This document shows positions 37,474 through 49,432 of a stretch of 64,000 bases of DNA, piece after piece (position 1 is the first letter of the stretch; the number at the start of each line of letters is the position of its first letter). The DNA comes from Gemmatimonadota bacterium (GTDB lineage: Bacteria > Gemmatimonadota > Gemmatimonadetes > Gemmatimonadales > GWC2-71-9). Where the stretch lies: contig QHTZ01000067.1 of NCBI GenBank assembly GCA_003221005.1, positions 69,194 through 133,193 of the forward strand, in the 5' to 3' direction. The notes below the pieces were generated by a model, which had not been told where the DNA came from, did not search any database, and was given only the letters and a program-made list of their open reading frames with translations. The position numbers and the translations under genes are program-made.

Positions 37474-38196
37474 ATGACGTCGTCGCTGCCCTCGAAACAA
37501 CCCTCCAGCGTCGGTGAGCTGCTGCGCCGGCGTCTCCGGGAGGTCAACCGCTCGCGGGATGAACTCGCCGAGGTCCTCGAAGTCCCCGGGGCGTACCTCG
37601 ACGACCTGATCAGCGGCGCCCGCCGACCACCGCTGCCCGGACGCACGGACATCTACCAGAAGATGACATCCTTTCTGCGGCTCGGTCGCAACGATCTCGC
37701 CGCGTGCGCGCACGCGGAACGCGCCGACGCGACGCGGGGAGAGGCGCCCGCTCCTGAGCCCGGGGTCCGGCGCCTGTTGCTGGAACTGTGTGAGCCCGGG
37801 ACGGCGCAGGTGCTCGAGCGGCGCCGGGTGCGGCAGGGGAGCGCCGAGCTCGCCGGCTTCATTCAGCGCCTCCTCGACGTGACCCAGGGAGCCGTACGGC
37901 GGCTGCTCGATGATCAGATCACGCTGCGCCTGGCAGCCGGCGCGCGCGGTACCACCTACCTGGAGCTGCGCCTCAACGTGCTCGAGTTCCTGGACGCCAC
38001 GCCCGACACGCTCACGACTGACGACCTGACTGAGTTCGTCCAGCCGCGGATCGCGCGCTGGGACGTGAACCTCGAGACCGGCGTCTTGTGGGTGGCGCTG
38101 CGCGGGCACGAGCCGCGGGAACGCGGGCGCGGCCGCGCGCCGGGGCGCAGGGCGACCGGCGGCTCGCCGGCAGGGGATGATGGACTAGGCCCATGA
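37474..38196 (+). CDS. Hypothetical protein with an N-terminal XRE-like HTH
   Basis: SRDELAEVLEVPGAYLDDLISGARRP. Confidence 0.6.
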   Translation: MTSSLPSKQPSSVGELLRRRLREVNRSRDELAEVLEVPGAYLDDLISGARRPPLPGRTDIYQKMTSFLRLGRNDLAACAHAERADATRGEAPAPEPGVRRLLLELCEPGTAQVLERRRVRQGSAELAGFIQRLLDVTQGAVRRLLDDQITLRLAAGARGTTYLELRLNVLEFLDATPDTLTTDDLTEFVQPRIARWDVNLETGVLWVALRGHEPRERGRGRAPGRRATGGSPAGDDGLGP

Positions 38197-38507
38197 CCGC
38201 TGTGGCTGGCGACTTTCGGACCCAACTCCGCGCGCTGGTGGAGCTGCAGGGCGCGGTGCTCACGGACGCCGAGTTGTCCCACATGGCGGAGTCTTACCCG
38301 AGGTGCCCGGGGAAGGAGCACTGGGACGTCCGCGAGTACGCCCGGGCCAGCACGGCCGGCGCGCGCGAGTACCGAGTCGTACGGGGCAGCAGCGTACAGG
38401 ACGTGTACCGCAGCGTCGAGCGCGTCCGCGCGACGGCCGTGCGGACGGCCCTCAACGATCTCGAGTTCCAGCAGAACGCTCGGACTGATCCGGAACCCGC
38501 CACGTAG
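38193..38507 (+). CDS. Hypothetical protein
   Basis: ATGA-coupled to the upstream gene; GC3-rich codons. Confidence 0.6.
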   Translation: MTAVAGDFRTQLRALVELQGAVLTDAELSHMAESYPRCPGKEHWDVREYARASTAGAREYRVVRGSSVQDVYRSVERVRATAVRTALNDLEFQQNARTDPEPAT

Positions 38508-38521
38508 CCAGCCGAACCGCA

Positions 38522-39598
38522 TCAACCCACTCCCGGGCGGGAGCCGGACTTTTCCCAATTGACGAACAAGAACCCGCCGGGCGTGTCGAACTTCGGCTCG
38601 CCCGGTCCGGGCAGAATCTGGAGCTGCAGCTCCTCGATCTTGTTCGGCGAGCAGTCCCAGCAGGCGAGCGCGAAGTCCCCCTCCCGCCGCGTGCGAGACA
38701 GCAGCATCACGTGCACCATGGCGTTGTCGCTGACGACCGCGCCGTTCCTGGACAGGTGCCCGAACGCCCATAGCGCCACGGCACTGTTGATCGTGGGGAC
38801 GAGCGGCGTGTGAACGCCGGTGTTGCCATGGTAGTAGAGCCCCATGATCACGCCGCCGAAGCGCGGGTGGTGCGGCACGTCCTTGGTCTGCACGCGGTCG
38901 AGCACGAGCTTCCAGCGGGCACCGTCCTGCGTAGTGAACTCCGCGACCCCGTCCACAGAATCGCGGGTGGCGCCCTTGTCCCACGCGGTGAAGGTGAACG
39001 TGCCGGATACCGGCGCGACGTTGTTGGAGTAGGGACCGCGCAGCACCTGCGATTCGAGCCCTTCGCGCTCGTTCCCGAACTGCTTGAGCACCGGGGCGGC
39101 GCTGTCCGGGAACGGAAACGGGCCCGGAAGGATCTGGATGACGGGTCCGCCGCCCACCACCTGGATGGCCTTCACCCCCGGCGGGGTCGCGCTGTGCGCG
39201 CCCACGACGCTGAGGCGCGCCACCATGCCGAGCTTCTTGTGTGAGTCGTCGCCGACCGGACAATACACCTCATAACTCCCCGGCTTCAGGTCGAGCGTCA
39301 GCGTGCCGCTCGCGCCGGGCTGGATGATTGCCGTCTGCTTTTCGACACCCTGCCCCCCGACCTCGAAGGCGTGCGGGATACTCCCGGCGTTCGTGATCGC
39401 GAACCTGACCGTGCCGGGCGCGATCGTGCCCTGGGACAGCTCCACCTTCCACTCCGTCAGTCGGACGCTCACCCGGGCCGGGGCGTCGGGCAACAGCGCG
39501 GCGCCGAGCAGCGCACCGGCCAGAAGTACGCCTGAGGCGGCGCGTGCAACGTCTCTCGATTCGTAGCTCATCGGGATCTTCCTCCGTTCATAGGTCAT
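38522..39598 (-). CDS. Exported cupredoxin (type-1 Cu) fused to an unrecognised C-terminal domain
   Basis: Signal peptide and ligand set NAGSIPH..YCPVGDDSHKKLGM. Alternative start at 39571. Confidence 0.75.
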   Translation of the reverse strand: MTYERRKIPMSYESRDVARAASGVLLAGALLGAALLPDAPARVSVRLTEWKVELSQGTIAPGTVRFAITNAGSIPHAFEVGGQGVEKQTAIIQPGASGTLTLDLKPGSYEVYCPVGDDSHKKLGMVARLSVVGAHSATPPGVKAIQVVGGGPVIQILPGPFPFPDSAAPVLKQFGNEREGLESQVLRGPYSNNVAPVSGTFTFTAWDKGATRDSVDGVAEFTTQDGARWKLVLDRVQTKDVPHHPRFGGVIMGLYYHGNTGVHTPLVPTINSAVALWAFGHLSRNGAVVSDNAMVHVMLLSRTRREGDFALACWDCSPNKIEELQLQILPGPGEPKFDTPGGFLFVNWEKSGSRPGVG

Positions 39599-39616
39599 TG
39601 GGATCTTCCTCCGTTC
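39560..39616 (-). repeat. 27-bp tandem duplication of RBS plus start codon
   Basis: cggaggaagatccc-N-atg-acc/agc-tat/tac-gaa occurs twice, in frame. Confidence 0.85.
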
Positions 39617-39624
39617 GCCACCCT

Positions 39625-39683
39625 AGACCCTCGGCGCCGCGCCCGTATTCCCGGCGGGAATATTTCCGGGTGAACCCGGGTCT
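39625..39683. promoter_or_regulatory. Back-to-back ECF-type promoters GGAATA-N17-GTCT
   Basis: Plus strand 39657-39683 and minus strand 39651-39625; identical motif and spacing. Confidence 0.7.
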
Positions 39684-39792
39684 GGATTGGGAGAGGCCTT
39701 CCCGACGCGCGGACGCGGCGGCAGAATCCCTCGACGCAGCGCGCTCACTCGTCGTGCGGGAGCGAGCGCACAGCACCATCGCTGAGGGAACC

Positions 39793-40317
39793 TTGGCACC
39801 GAGCGAGCTCGCGCGATTCGAAGCACTGGTGCTGCCGCACCTGGACGCGGCGTACACGTTGGCGCGCTACCTGATGGACAACGACGACGATGCCCACGAC
39901 GTGGCCCAGGAGGCGTTGCTGCGCGCGCTCAAGTACTTCGATGGGTTCCGAGGGGATGACGCCCGCGCGTGGGTGCTGGCGATCGTCCGCAACGCCTGCC
40001 ACACCTGGCAGCGCACCGGTCGCTCGCACCCGGTCGCGGTCGAATTCAACGAGGAGCTCCACAGCGGGGCGGTCGGCGATGAGCATCCCGAGGCTGCCCT
40101 ACTCCGGGCCGCGGACCGCGAGGCGGTGCGCGGGGCAGTTGCAGCGCTGCCGCTCGAGTTCCGCGAGGTGATCATCCTACGGGAGGTGCAAGGACTCTCG
40201 TACAAGGAAATCGGGGAGATCGCGGAGATCCCCGTGGGCACGGTGATGTCGCGTCTCTCACGGGCGCGGCGGAGGCTCGCGCGGGCGCTGAGCAGCGTGG
40301 CACGGGAGCGGAGCTGA
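39793..40317 (+). CDS. ECF sigma factor
   Basis: DAHDVAQEA, RAWVLAIVRN and LSYKEI..PVGTVMSRLSRAR. Confidence 0.93.
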   Translation: MAPSELARFEALVLPHLDAAYTLARYLMDNDDDAHDVAQEALLRALKYFDGFRGDDARAWVLAIVRNACHTWQRTGRSHPVAVEFNEELHSGAVGDEHPEAALLRAADREAVRGAVAALPLEFREVIILREVQGLSYKEIGEIAEIPVGTVMSRLSRARRRLARALSSVARERS

Positions 40318-40318
40318 C

Positions 40319-41095
40319 ATGACCTGCAAGGACTTCGAGGCGCAGCTCGACGCGTACATCGACAACGAGCTGCCGCCGGCGGTGGTTGGCGAGATGACGG
40401 AGCACCTGGACGCGTGTGCGGCGTGCGCCCGGTCGCACGAGCGACAGCTCGCCCTGCGCCGGGCGTTGACGCAGCACGCGCCCGCGCTGCAGGCGCCACC
40501 GGGCTTGCGGGCGAGCATCCGCCAGGCCATCCGTGCCCAGATCAGGCCCGCTGCGACGCCGCGCCTGCCCGAGTGGCGCTGGCTCGCCGCTGCGGCAGTG
40601 CTCGTGGGCGTCGTCGCCGGAACCTGGAGGGTCGCGACGACGCGAGCGCGCGCCGAAGCGCTCACCGATGCACTGCTCGCGAGCCACGTCCGCTCGCTCC
40701 TGGGCAGCCACCTCCTGGATGTCGCGTCGTCCGACCAGCACACGGTCAAGCCCTGGTTCAACGGCAAGCTCGACTACTCGCCGTCGGTGTACGATCTCGC
40801 CGGGAGGGGCTACCCGCTCTTGGGGGGCCGGCTCGACTACGTCGCCAACGGCGCCGTGGCGGCGCTCGTGTACGGAAGACGCCAGCACGTCATCAGCGTC
40901 TTCCTCTGGCCCGCGGAGCGCGGGCCGACGGCAGGGCCGGCCACGGTCACGCGGCAGGGATACCACATGCTGCACTGGATCGCACCCGACTACGCGTACT
41001 GGGTCGTCTCGGATCTAGGCTCGACTGAGCTGCGTGAATTCACGCAGCTGCTACAGCGGGCGGACTCGGCGGCCGCACGACCCGACGGGCGCTAA
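40319..41095 (+). CDS. Zinc-finger (HxxxCxxC) transmembrane anti-sigma factor
   Basis: HLDACAAC, a TM segment, SSDQHTVKPWF and LLGGRLD. Confidence 0.9.
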   Translation: MTCKDFEAQLDAYIDNELPPAVVGEMTEHLDACAACARSHERQLALRRALTQHAPALQAPPGLRASIRQAIRAQIRPAATPRLPEWRWLAAAAVLVGVVAGTWRVATTRARAEALTDALLASHVRSLLGSHLLDVASSDQHTVKPWFNGKLDYSPSVYDLAGRGYPLLGGRLDYVANGAVAALVYGRRQHVISVFLWPAERGPTAGPATVTRQGYHMLHWIAPDYAYWVVSDLGSTELREFTQLLQRADSAAARPDGR

Positions 41096-41193
41096 CTCCA
41101 TGACACCGTGGGTGGGGCTCTCGATGATGGGTGCCGTCGCACCGGCGTGTCCGCAGGACGATCATCCCATCGTCAACCCGGAGGGAGGCGGCT

Positions 41194-41601
41194 ATGCAGT
41201 CGTTCCCGATCAATTTCCTCGCGCTCGTCGTGGCCACGGTCGTGAAGGGCGCGCTGGGCTGGCTCTGGTTCTCGCCGATGCTGTTCCTCAAGCCGTGGAT
41301 GCAGCTCGCGGGCGCCACCCCGGATAGCATGAAAGCAGGGATGGCGAAGGCGCTCACCATCGAAACCATCGGCAACTTCGTCATGGCGTTCGTGCTGGTG
41401 CACGCCGTGCACTACGCCGGCGCGAACACCGCGGCGCTGGGCGCGGCCGTCGGCTTTTTCAACTGGGTGGGCTTCGTCCTGACGCTGGGTCTGACGTCCT
41501 ACGCATACGAGGGACGCCCGCTGAAGCGCGTCGCCATCGAATCCGGCCACCAGCTCGTCGGGCTCGTGGCCATGGGAGCGATCGTGGCAGTCTGGACGTG
41601 A
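41194..41601 (+). CDS. DUF1761-family membrane protein
   Basis: INFLA..LGWLWFSPMLF..W. GGAGG RBS. Confidence 0.8.
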   Translation: MQSFPINFLALVVATVVKGALGWLWFSPMLFLKPWMQLAGATPDSMKAGMAKALTIETIGNFVMAFVLVHAVHYAGANTAALGAAVGFFNWVGFVLTLGLTSYAYEGRPLKRVAIESGHQLVGLVAMGAIVAVWT

Positions 41602-41609
41602 CGGGCTGA

Positions 41610-43916
41610 ATGCTCCCCTTCCCGCTCGTGCTGGTGGCCCTGCTCGAGACCGGTCCGTACTCGGGCCGCGACGGACGGACGACCGTCGCCGTCCCGAGGC
41701 TCGAAGATGCCGACGTGTCGATCGACGGCGTGCTCGGCGAGCCCGTCTGGCGCCAGGCCGCAGTGCTGAACGGATTCTCCGAATACTCCCCCGTGGACGG
41801 ACGTCCCGCCACCGATTCGACCGAGGTCCTCGTGTGGTACTCGGCCCACGCGATCTACTTCGGCATCCGCGCCTTCGAGAGCCACGGCCCGGTCCACGCC
41901 GCGCTCGCGAACCGGGACCGCATCGGGAACGACGATTGGGTCGAGATCCTGCTCGACACCTTCAACGATCACCGCCAGGCGCTTGCCTTCGGCGTCAATC
42001 CCCTGGGCGTGCAGTCGGATGGGACGCTGAGCGAGTCGCAGGCCGGGTCCCGGGATACCGTCGACCTCTCCGCGGATTTCGTATATCAGTCGAAGGGGCA
42101 GGTCACGGACACGGGCTATGAGGTCGAAATTCGCATTCCCTTCAAGAGCATCCGCTATCAGCCGCAGGGCACGCAGCAGTGGGGCATCAACGTGGTGCGC
42201 CAGGTGCAGCACTCAGGCCACCGGCAGACGTGGACGGCGGCGCGTCTCGCGGCGGCGTCGTTTCTCGCCCAGTCCGGGACGCTGACGGGACTGACCGAGC
42301 TCGACCGCGGCCTGGTGCTCGACGTGAGCCCCGAGGTCACGGCCAAGACGGACGGCACGCCCGGTGGCGCGGGGTGGACGTACAGTCCTGTCACCTCCGA
42401 CCTCGGCGGCAACATACGCTGGGGCGTGACCAACAACCTCACTCTCACGGCCACGGCGCGGCCCGACTTCTCCCAGGTCGAGTCGGACGCGGGACAGCTC
42501 GTGTTCGACCCGCGCCTGGCACTCTATTTCCCGGAGAAGCGCCCATTCTTTCTCGAGGGCCTCGAGCAGTTCACTACACCGTTCACGCTCGTGTACACGC
42601 GACGCCTGGTGCAGCCGGTGGCGGCTCTCAAGCTGACCGGGAAGGTATCCGGATTCGGCGTCGGCCTGCTCTCGGCCGTCGACGATCGCGCGTACTCGGC
42701 GAGCGGGAGCGACAACCCGGTCTACAACATCTTGCGCGTGCGGCGCGATCTCGGCGGCCAGTCGCTGCTCGGCCTCGTGTACACCGACAAGGTTGACGGC
42801 CCGGACTATAATCGCGTGGCCGGAGCGAACGCGCGCGTCCTCTTCGGTGGCATACACACGGCCGCATTCCAGATCGTGGAGAGCTTCACTCGCACCGCCG
42901 GGGCTGCTGTGAACGCCCCGCTCTGGTACGCGAGCCTTGACCGGACGGGCCAGCGGTTCGGGTACACCTATTCGATCAGCGGGATCGCTCCGGATTTCGT
43001 CGCGGCCAGTGGATTCATCGCCCGGCCGGGCGTCGCGAACGGAGCCATCGATCACCGCGTGACGCGCTACGGGCGCCCCGGGGCAGCCCTCGAGAGTTGG
43101 ACCGGTGACGCGCTCGTCTCCGGCCGCTGGGTGTATCCGCACTTGCTGAGCGGCCTGATGCCCGACGATCAGTTTCTCCACTTCACGTCGACCTGGCAGA
43201 TCCGCGGCTGGTCCCTCGCTGCGGCGCTCTACATCGAGTCGTTCCGGTTCGACTCAGCGCTCTACGCGGGGTACGCCCTCCAGCACACGGCCGGAGGCGT
43301 GACCGATACGGTGCCCTTCGTTGGCACGCCGCGCATCGCGAACTACGACCTGCAGGTGACCGCGCAGACCCCCCAGTTCCGGCGGGTCAATGCCAGGCTC
43401 CTCGTGCTCCCCGCGCTCCAGGACGAGAACTTTTTCGAGTGGTCTCCGGCGCGGATCATCCTCATTGATGCCGGCCTCGATTGGCGTCCGTCGGACCGCA
43501 TCCGCGTTAGTGCGACGTACCTCCACCAGCAGTACTGGCGCAAGACGGACGGCAGCACGGTAGGGCGCGACATGATCCCACGCGTCAAGGTCGAGTACCA
43601 AGTCGCGCGGTCCCTGTTCCTACGCGTGGTGGGCCAGTATCAGGCCTCGTGGCAGGACTCGCTCCGGGACGATTCGCGCACGAACAATCCGATTCTGATT
43701 CGCGACCCCGGGACGGGAGTCTACGAGCGGGCGGGCGCCCAGACGCACAACGCGTTACGGCTCGACTGGCTGGTATCGTTCACGCCCTCGCCGGGCACCG
43801 TGATGTACGCGGGGTACGGGAGCAGTCTCACCGAGGCCGAGGCGTTCGCGTTCCGCGGGATTCGCCGGCTGCGGGACGGGTTCTTCGCGAAGCTGAGCTA
43901 CCTCTTCCGGATGTAG
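41610..43916 (+). CDS. CBM9-like plus DUF5916 outer-membrane protein
   Basis: IDGVLGEPVW, FGVNPLGVQSD, EIRIPFKSIRY, PDFSQVESD and EKRPFFLE. Confidence 0.8.
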   Translation: MLPFPLVLVALLETGPYSGRDGRTTVAVPRLEDADVSIDGVLGEPVWRQAAVLNGFSEYSPVDGRPATDSTEVLVWYSAHAIYFGIRAFESHGPVHAALANRDRIGNDDWVEILLDTFNDHRQALAFGVNPLGVQSDGTLSESQAGSRDTVDLSADFVYQSKGQVTDTGYEVEIRIPFKSIRYQPQGTQQWGINVVRQVQHSGHRQTWTAARLAAASFLAQSGTLTGLTELDRGLVLDVSPEVTAKTDGTPGGAGWTYSPVTSDLGGNIRWGVTNNLTLTATARPDFSQVESDAGQLVFDPRLALYFPEKRPFFLEGLEQFTTPFTLVYTRRLVQPVAALKLTGKVSGFGVGLLSAVDDRAYSASGSDNPVYNILRVRRDLGGQSLLGLVYTDKVDGPDYNRVAGANARVLFGGIHTAAFQIVESFTRTAGAAVNAPLWYASLDRTGQRFGYTYSISGIAPDFVAASGFIARPGVANGAIDHRVTRYGRPGAALESWTGDALVSGRWVYPHLLSGLMPDDQFLHFTSTWQIRGWSLAAALYIESFRFDSALYAGYALQHTAGGVTDTVPFVGTPRIANYDLQVTAQTPQFRRVNARLLVLPALQDENFFEWSPARIILIDAGLDWRPSDRIRVSATYLHQQYWRKTDGSTVGRDMIPRVKVEYQVARSLFLRVVGQYQASWQDSLRDDSRTNNPILIRDPGTGVYERAGAQTHNALRLDWLVSFTPSPGTVMYAGYGSSLTEAEAFAFRGIRRLRDGFFAKLSYLFRM

Positions 43917-43932
43917 GGGGCGGGGGGGGCCG

Positions 43933-44835
43933 TCAGCGGTGCTTGATGAACGTACCGTCGTGGAGCTCGGCGTAGGCGCGCCGCAGCTCCGCGTCGGTGT
44001 TCATGACGATCGGCCCTTGCCAGGCCACAGGCTCCTCGATCGGTCTGCCTGAGACGAGCAGGAACCGGATGCCGTCCTCTCCGGCCTGGACGGTGATCTC
44101 GTCACCCGAGTCGAACAGCACGAGCGAGCGATTGCCGGCGAGCTCGGGAGTGCCAGTCGCTGCACCGACCCATTCGGTGCGGACGGCGCGGGGTGCCGAC
44201 GCGTCCCGGAACGTGCCGCTCCCCTCGAAGACGTAGGCGAACGCGTGGCGCGACGACTCGACGGGCAAGGTTCGGCGCACACACGGCGGAACCCACACAT
44301 CGAGGTAGCGGGGATCGGCGGCCACGCCTTCCACGGGACCGGTCTTACCCCAGAAGCTGCCGCAGATCACGCGCACGCGCGTGCCGTCGTCGTCCACCAC
44401 TTCCGGGATGTCGCGCGCCACGATGTCCTGGTAGCGCGGGTCGGTCATCTTGAGCGAGCGGGGGAGGTTCGCCCACAGCTGGAATCCGTGCATCCGGCCG
44501 CGCTCGTCACCCTGAGGCATTTCCTGATGCAGGATGCCGCTGCCCGCCGTCATCCATTGCACGTCCCCCGCGCCGAGGGAGCCGCGGTTGCCCAGGCTGT
44601 CACCGTGCTGTACCGCCCCGTTGAGGACGTAGGTGATGGTTTCGATCCCGCGATGGGGGTGCCACGGAAATCCGGCGAGGTAGTCCTGCGGGTTGTCGTT
44701 GCGGAAGTCGTCCAACAGGAGGAACGGGTCGAACTCGCGCGTGTTCCCGAACCCGAACGCTCGGCGCAGCCTCACGCCCGCGCCCTCGATGGTGGGCTGC
44801 GACTGAGTGATTGACTTGATCGGCCGGATAGACAT
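43933..44835 (-). CDS. Pirin-family protein
   Basis: DPFLLLD, HPHRGIET, MTAGSGILHQE and GPIVMNT. Confidence 0.95.
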   Translation of the reverse strand: MSIRPIKSITQSQPTIEGAGVRLRRAFGFGNTREFDPFLLLDDFRNDNPQDYLAGFPWHPHRGIETITYVLNGAVQHGDSLGNRGSLGAGDVQWMTAGSGILHQEMPQGDERGRMHGFQLWANLPRSLKMTDPRYQDIVARDIPEVVDDDGTRVRVICGSFWGKTGPVEGVAADPRYLDVWVPPCVRRTLPVESSRHAFAYVFEGSGTFRDASAPRAVRTEWVGAATGTPELAGNRSLVLFDSGDEITVQAGEDGIRFLLVSGRPIEEPVAWQGPIVMNTDAELRRAYAELHDGTFIKHR

Positions 44836-44941
44836 TGGCGCCTCCATGGCTGCGCGATCGCAACGATGACTGTAACGTAGCAGCGCTGGCGCAGGTTCCC
44901 GGCCAATGGAGCTGATTCGAGAACGGCGGGCCGTTTCGGCC

Positions 44942-45955
44942 CTAGCCAAACGTCAGCACGACCTTCCCGATGTTGCGCCGCTCGTGGATGTAGCGGTGCG
45001 CCGCCGCACCCTCCGCGACGGGGAATGCGCGGTCGACGCGCGGGCGGATGCGCCCGGCGCGAGCATGGTCGAGGAGCGCCTCGACCTGCGGCCGGATGAT
45101 CTGCTCCGCGGTCCACAGGCGCCCCAGGTTGACTCCCGCGACCAAGCGATTGTCGTTCATCAGGGCGAGCGGAGCGAAACGGGGCCAGCGCAGCGCCTTC
45201 CACACGACCCTGAGCAGGTTGCGGCGCGCGCCCACGGCCAGCTCGGACGCGCCGAAGCAAACCAGGCGCCCCATCGGCGCGAGCAGCGCGTAACCTCGGC
45301 GCCACGAGTCTCCACCCACGGCATCGAGCACCACGTCCACGCCCGCTGGAGCAATGCGACGCACCGCCGCGGGCCAGCGCGGGTCACGACCGTCCAGCGG
45401 CTCTACACCGTAGCTCCGCAGCACGACGTGCTTGCCGGGCGACGCGAGTCCGATGACCCGGAGCTTGAGAATGCGACCCAGCTCCGCCACGGCGAGTCCC
45501 ACGCCGCCTGCGGCGGCATGCACGAGGACGGTCTCACCGGCCCGCGCGGCCGCGACGCGCACCAGTAGGTGATGCGCGGTGAGGTACACGACCGGAAACG
45601 CCGCGCCCTCCTCGAAGGTCCACGCGTCCGGCAGGGGGAACGCGAGTCCGGCGGGCACCACCACCAGCTCGCTCTGACCACCGAACCGCGTGAGCGCGAT
45701 GACCCGCGCCCCCCGCTGCAACGTGGTAACGCCCTCCCCCACGGCATCGACGATTCCAGCCACCTCGTACCCGACGACGCTCGGAGGCTTGGGGGTGCCG
45801 GGGTAGAGGCCCTGGCGAGCGAGCAGATCGGAGAAGTTCACGCCCGCCGCTTTCACCCGAATGCGGACCGCGCCAGGAACCACAGCAGGATCGGGCGCGT
45901 CGCGCACGGTGAGCACTTCCGGCGGGCCATGACGCGGAATGACGAGTTGCTTCAC
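44942..45955 (-). CDS. MDR-family NADPH:quinone oxidoreductase (VAT-1-like)
   Basis: GVNFSD, GYEVAG, HAAAGGVG and NIGKVVL. Confidence 0.88.
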   Translation of the reverse strand: MKQLVIPRHGPPEVLTVRDAPDPAVVPGAVRIRVKAAGVNFSDLLARQGLYPGTPKPPSVVGYEVAGIVDAVGEGVTTLQRGARVIALTRFGGQSELVVVPAGLAFPLPDAWTFEEGAAFPVVYLTAHHLLVRVAAARAGETVLVHAAAGGVGLAVAELGRILKLRVIGLASPGKHVVLRSYGVEPLDGRDPRWPAAVRRIAPAGVDVVLDAVGGDSWRRGYALLAPMGRLVCFGASELAVGARRNLLRVVWKALRWPRFAPLALMNDNRLVAGVNLGRLWTAEQIIRPQVEALLDHARAGRIRPRVDRAFPVAEGAAAHRYIHERRNIGKVVLTFG

Positions 45956-46013
45956 GGATCACTGCGCGCGACTGTTACGCCGTTGCGCACCCGCCCCGTG
46001 GGATCCGCGCCCG

Positions 46014-48182
<2,169 letters not shown>

Positions 48183-48222
48183 GTTCGTCTCCTTGCGAGC
48201 CTCATTCCAATCATCCCGGCGC

Positions 48223-48858
48223 TTATTCTTTGGGCGGCTCGCGGTACAGCTCCGGGAAGTCGCGCTGCAGGTGCTTCACCTTCGGCGCGTCGTTGTACAC
48301 GATGTACAGCGCGTGCGGGTGCCGTGCCATGTAGTGCTGGTGATAGGCCTCCGCCGGATAGAAGGTCTCCAGGGGCACGATCTCCGTGACAATGGGTGCC
48401 GAGTAGACTTTTCTCGCCGTGAGGTCGGCGACGTACGCCTCAGCCAGACGGCGCTGCAAGGAGTCGCCGTAAAAGACGATGGACCGGTACTGCGTGCCGA
48501 CATCGGGGCCTTGCCGGTTCCGTTGGGTGGGATCTTGGACGACGGCGAAGAACACCCCCAGCAGTTGGTCGTACGTGACCTGAGAAGCGTCATAGGTCAC
48601 GCGCACGGACTCCGCGTGGCCGGTGGCGCCGGTCGAGACCTGCTCGTAGGAGGGCGACGGCACCGAGCCCCCCGCGTATCCCGCCGTCGCCGAGAGCACA
48701 CCCTTCACGTGCTCGAACACCCCTTCGACGCCCCAGAAGCAGCCGCCGGCAAAGACTGCCGTCGCGGACGTCGCGGGCGTCCCCTGCGCGCTCGCGGAGG
48801 TCGTGAGCGTAAGAACCGCGGCGACGGCGAGAACCGGACCTGTGAGGATGCGACGCAC
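48223..48858 (-). CDS. msrA: Exported methionine sulfoxide reductase A
   Basis: GGCFWGVE, GHAE and FYPAEAYHQHY. Confidence 0.95.
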   Translation of the reverse strand: MRRILTGPVLAVAAVLTLTTSASAQGTPATSATAVFAGGCFWGVEGVFEHVKGVLSATAGYAGGSVPSPSYEQVSTGATGHAESVRVTYDASQVTYDQLLGVFFAVVQDPTQRNRQGPDVGTQYRSIVFYGDSLQRRLAEAYVADLTARKVYSAPIVTEIVPLETFYPAEAYHQHYMARHPHALYIVYNDAPKVKHLQRDFPELYREPPKE

Positions 48859-48880
48859 GGATCGATCTCCTTGTTGGAAT

Positions 48881-49432
48881 TTATGCCCGCCGGGCGCTCT
48901 GTTGCAGCGCGGCGAGCAGCGGCTCCGCGTCCCAGGCAGCGTCGTGACGGGCGCCGTTGATGAAGAACGTGGGCGTACCGTTCACCCCACTCGTCACACC
49001 GCTGCGGAAGTCCTCGCGCACGCGCGGCTCGTACCGCCGCTCGGCCAGCTCCCGGCGCAGCCGCGCGGCGTCGAGCCCCAGCTCACGCGCGTATTCGACG
49101 AGGTCCGTGTCTTCCAGGGCGAACTGCCGCTCGAATAGCCGGTCGTGCATTTCCCAGAACTTGCCTTGCGCGCCTGCGGCCTCGGCGGCCTCGGCCGCGT
49201 GCTGCGCGTGGGGGTGACTCTCGCGCAGCGGAAAGTTGCGAAATACGAAGCGCAACCGTGGCCCCATGCGCCGCTGGACCGCGCGGACGATCGGGTATGC
49301 TCGCCCGCAGTGCGGGCACTCGTAGTCGCCGTACTCGACGAGCGTGACGAGCGCGTCGGCAGGGCCCTGCACATGATCCCGGTCGGAGACCGGAAGGGTG
49401 AGAGTTGCCGCGGCGGCGGCGCGCCTGCTCAC
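48881..49432 (-). CDS. DsbA-family thioredoxin-fold oxidoreductase
   Basis: EYGDYECPHC, FRNFPL and GTPTFFING. Confidence 0.9.
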   Translation of the reverse strand: MSRRAAAAATLTLPVSDRDHVQGPADALVTLVEYGDYECPHCGRAYPIVRAVQRRMGPRLRFVFRNFPLRESHPHAQHAAEAAEAAGAQGKFWEMHDRLFERQFALEDTDLVEYARELGLDAARLRRELAERRYEPRVREDFRSGVTSGVNGTPTFFINGARHDAAWDAEPLLAALQQSARRA

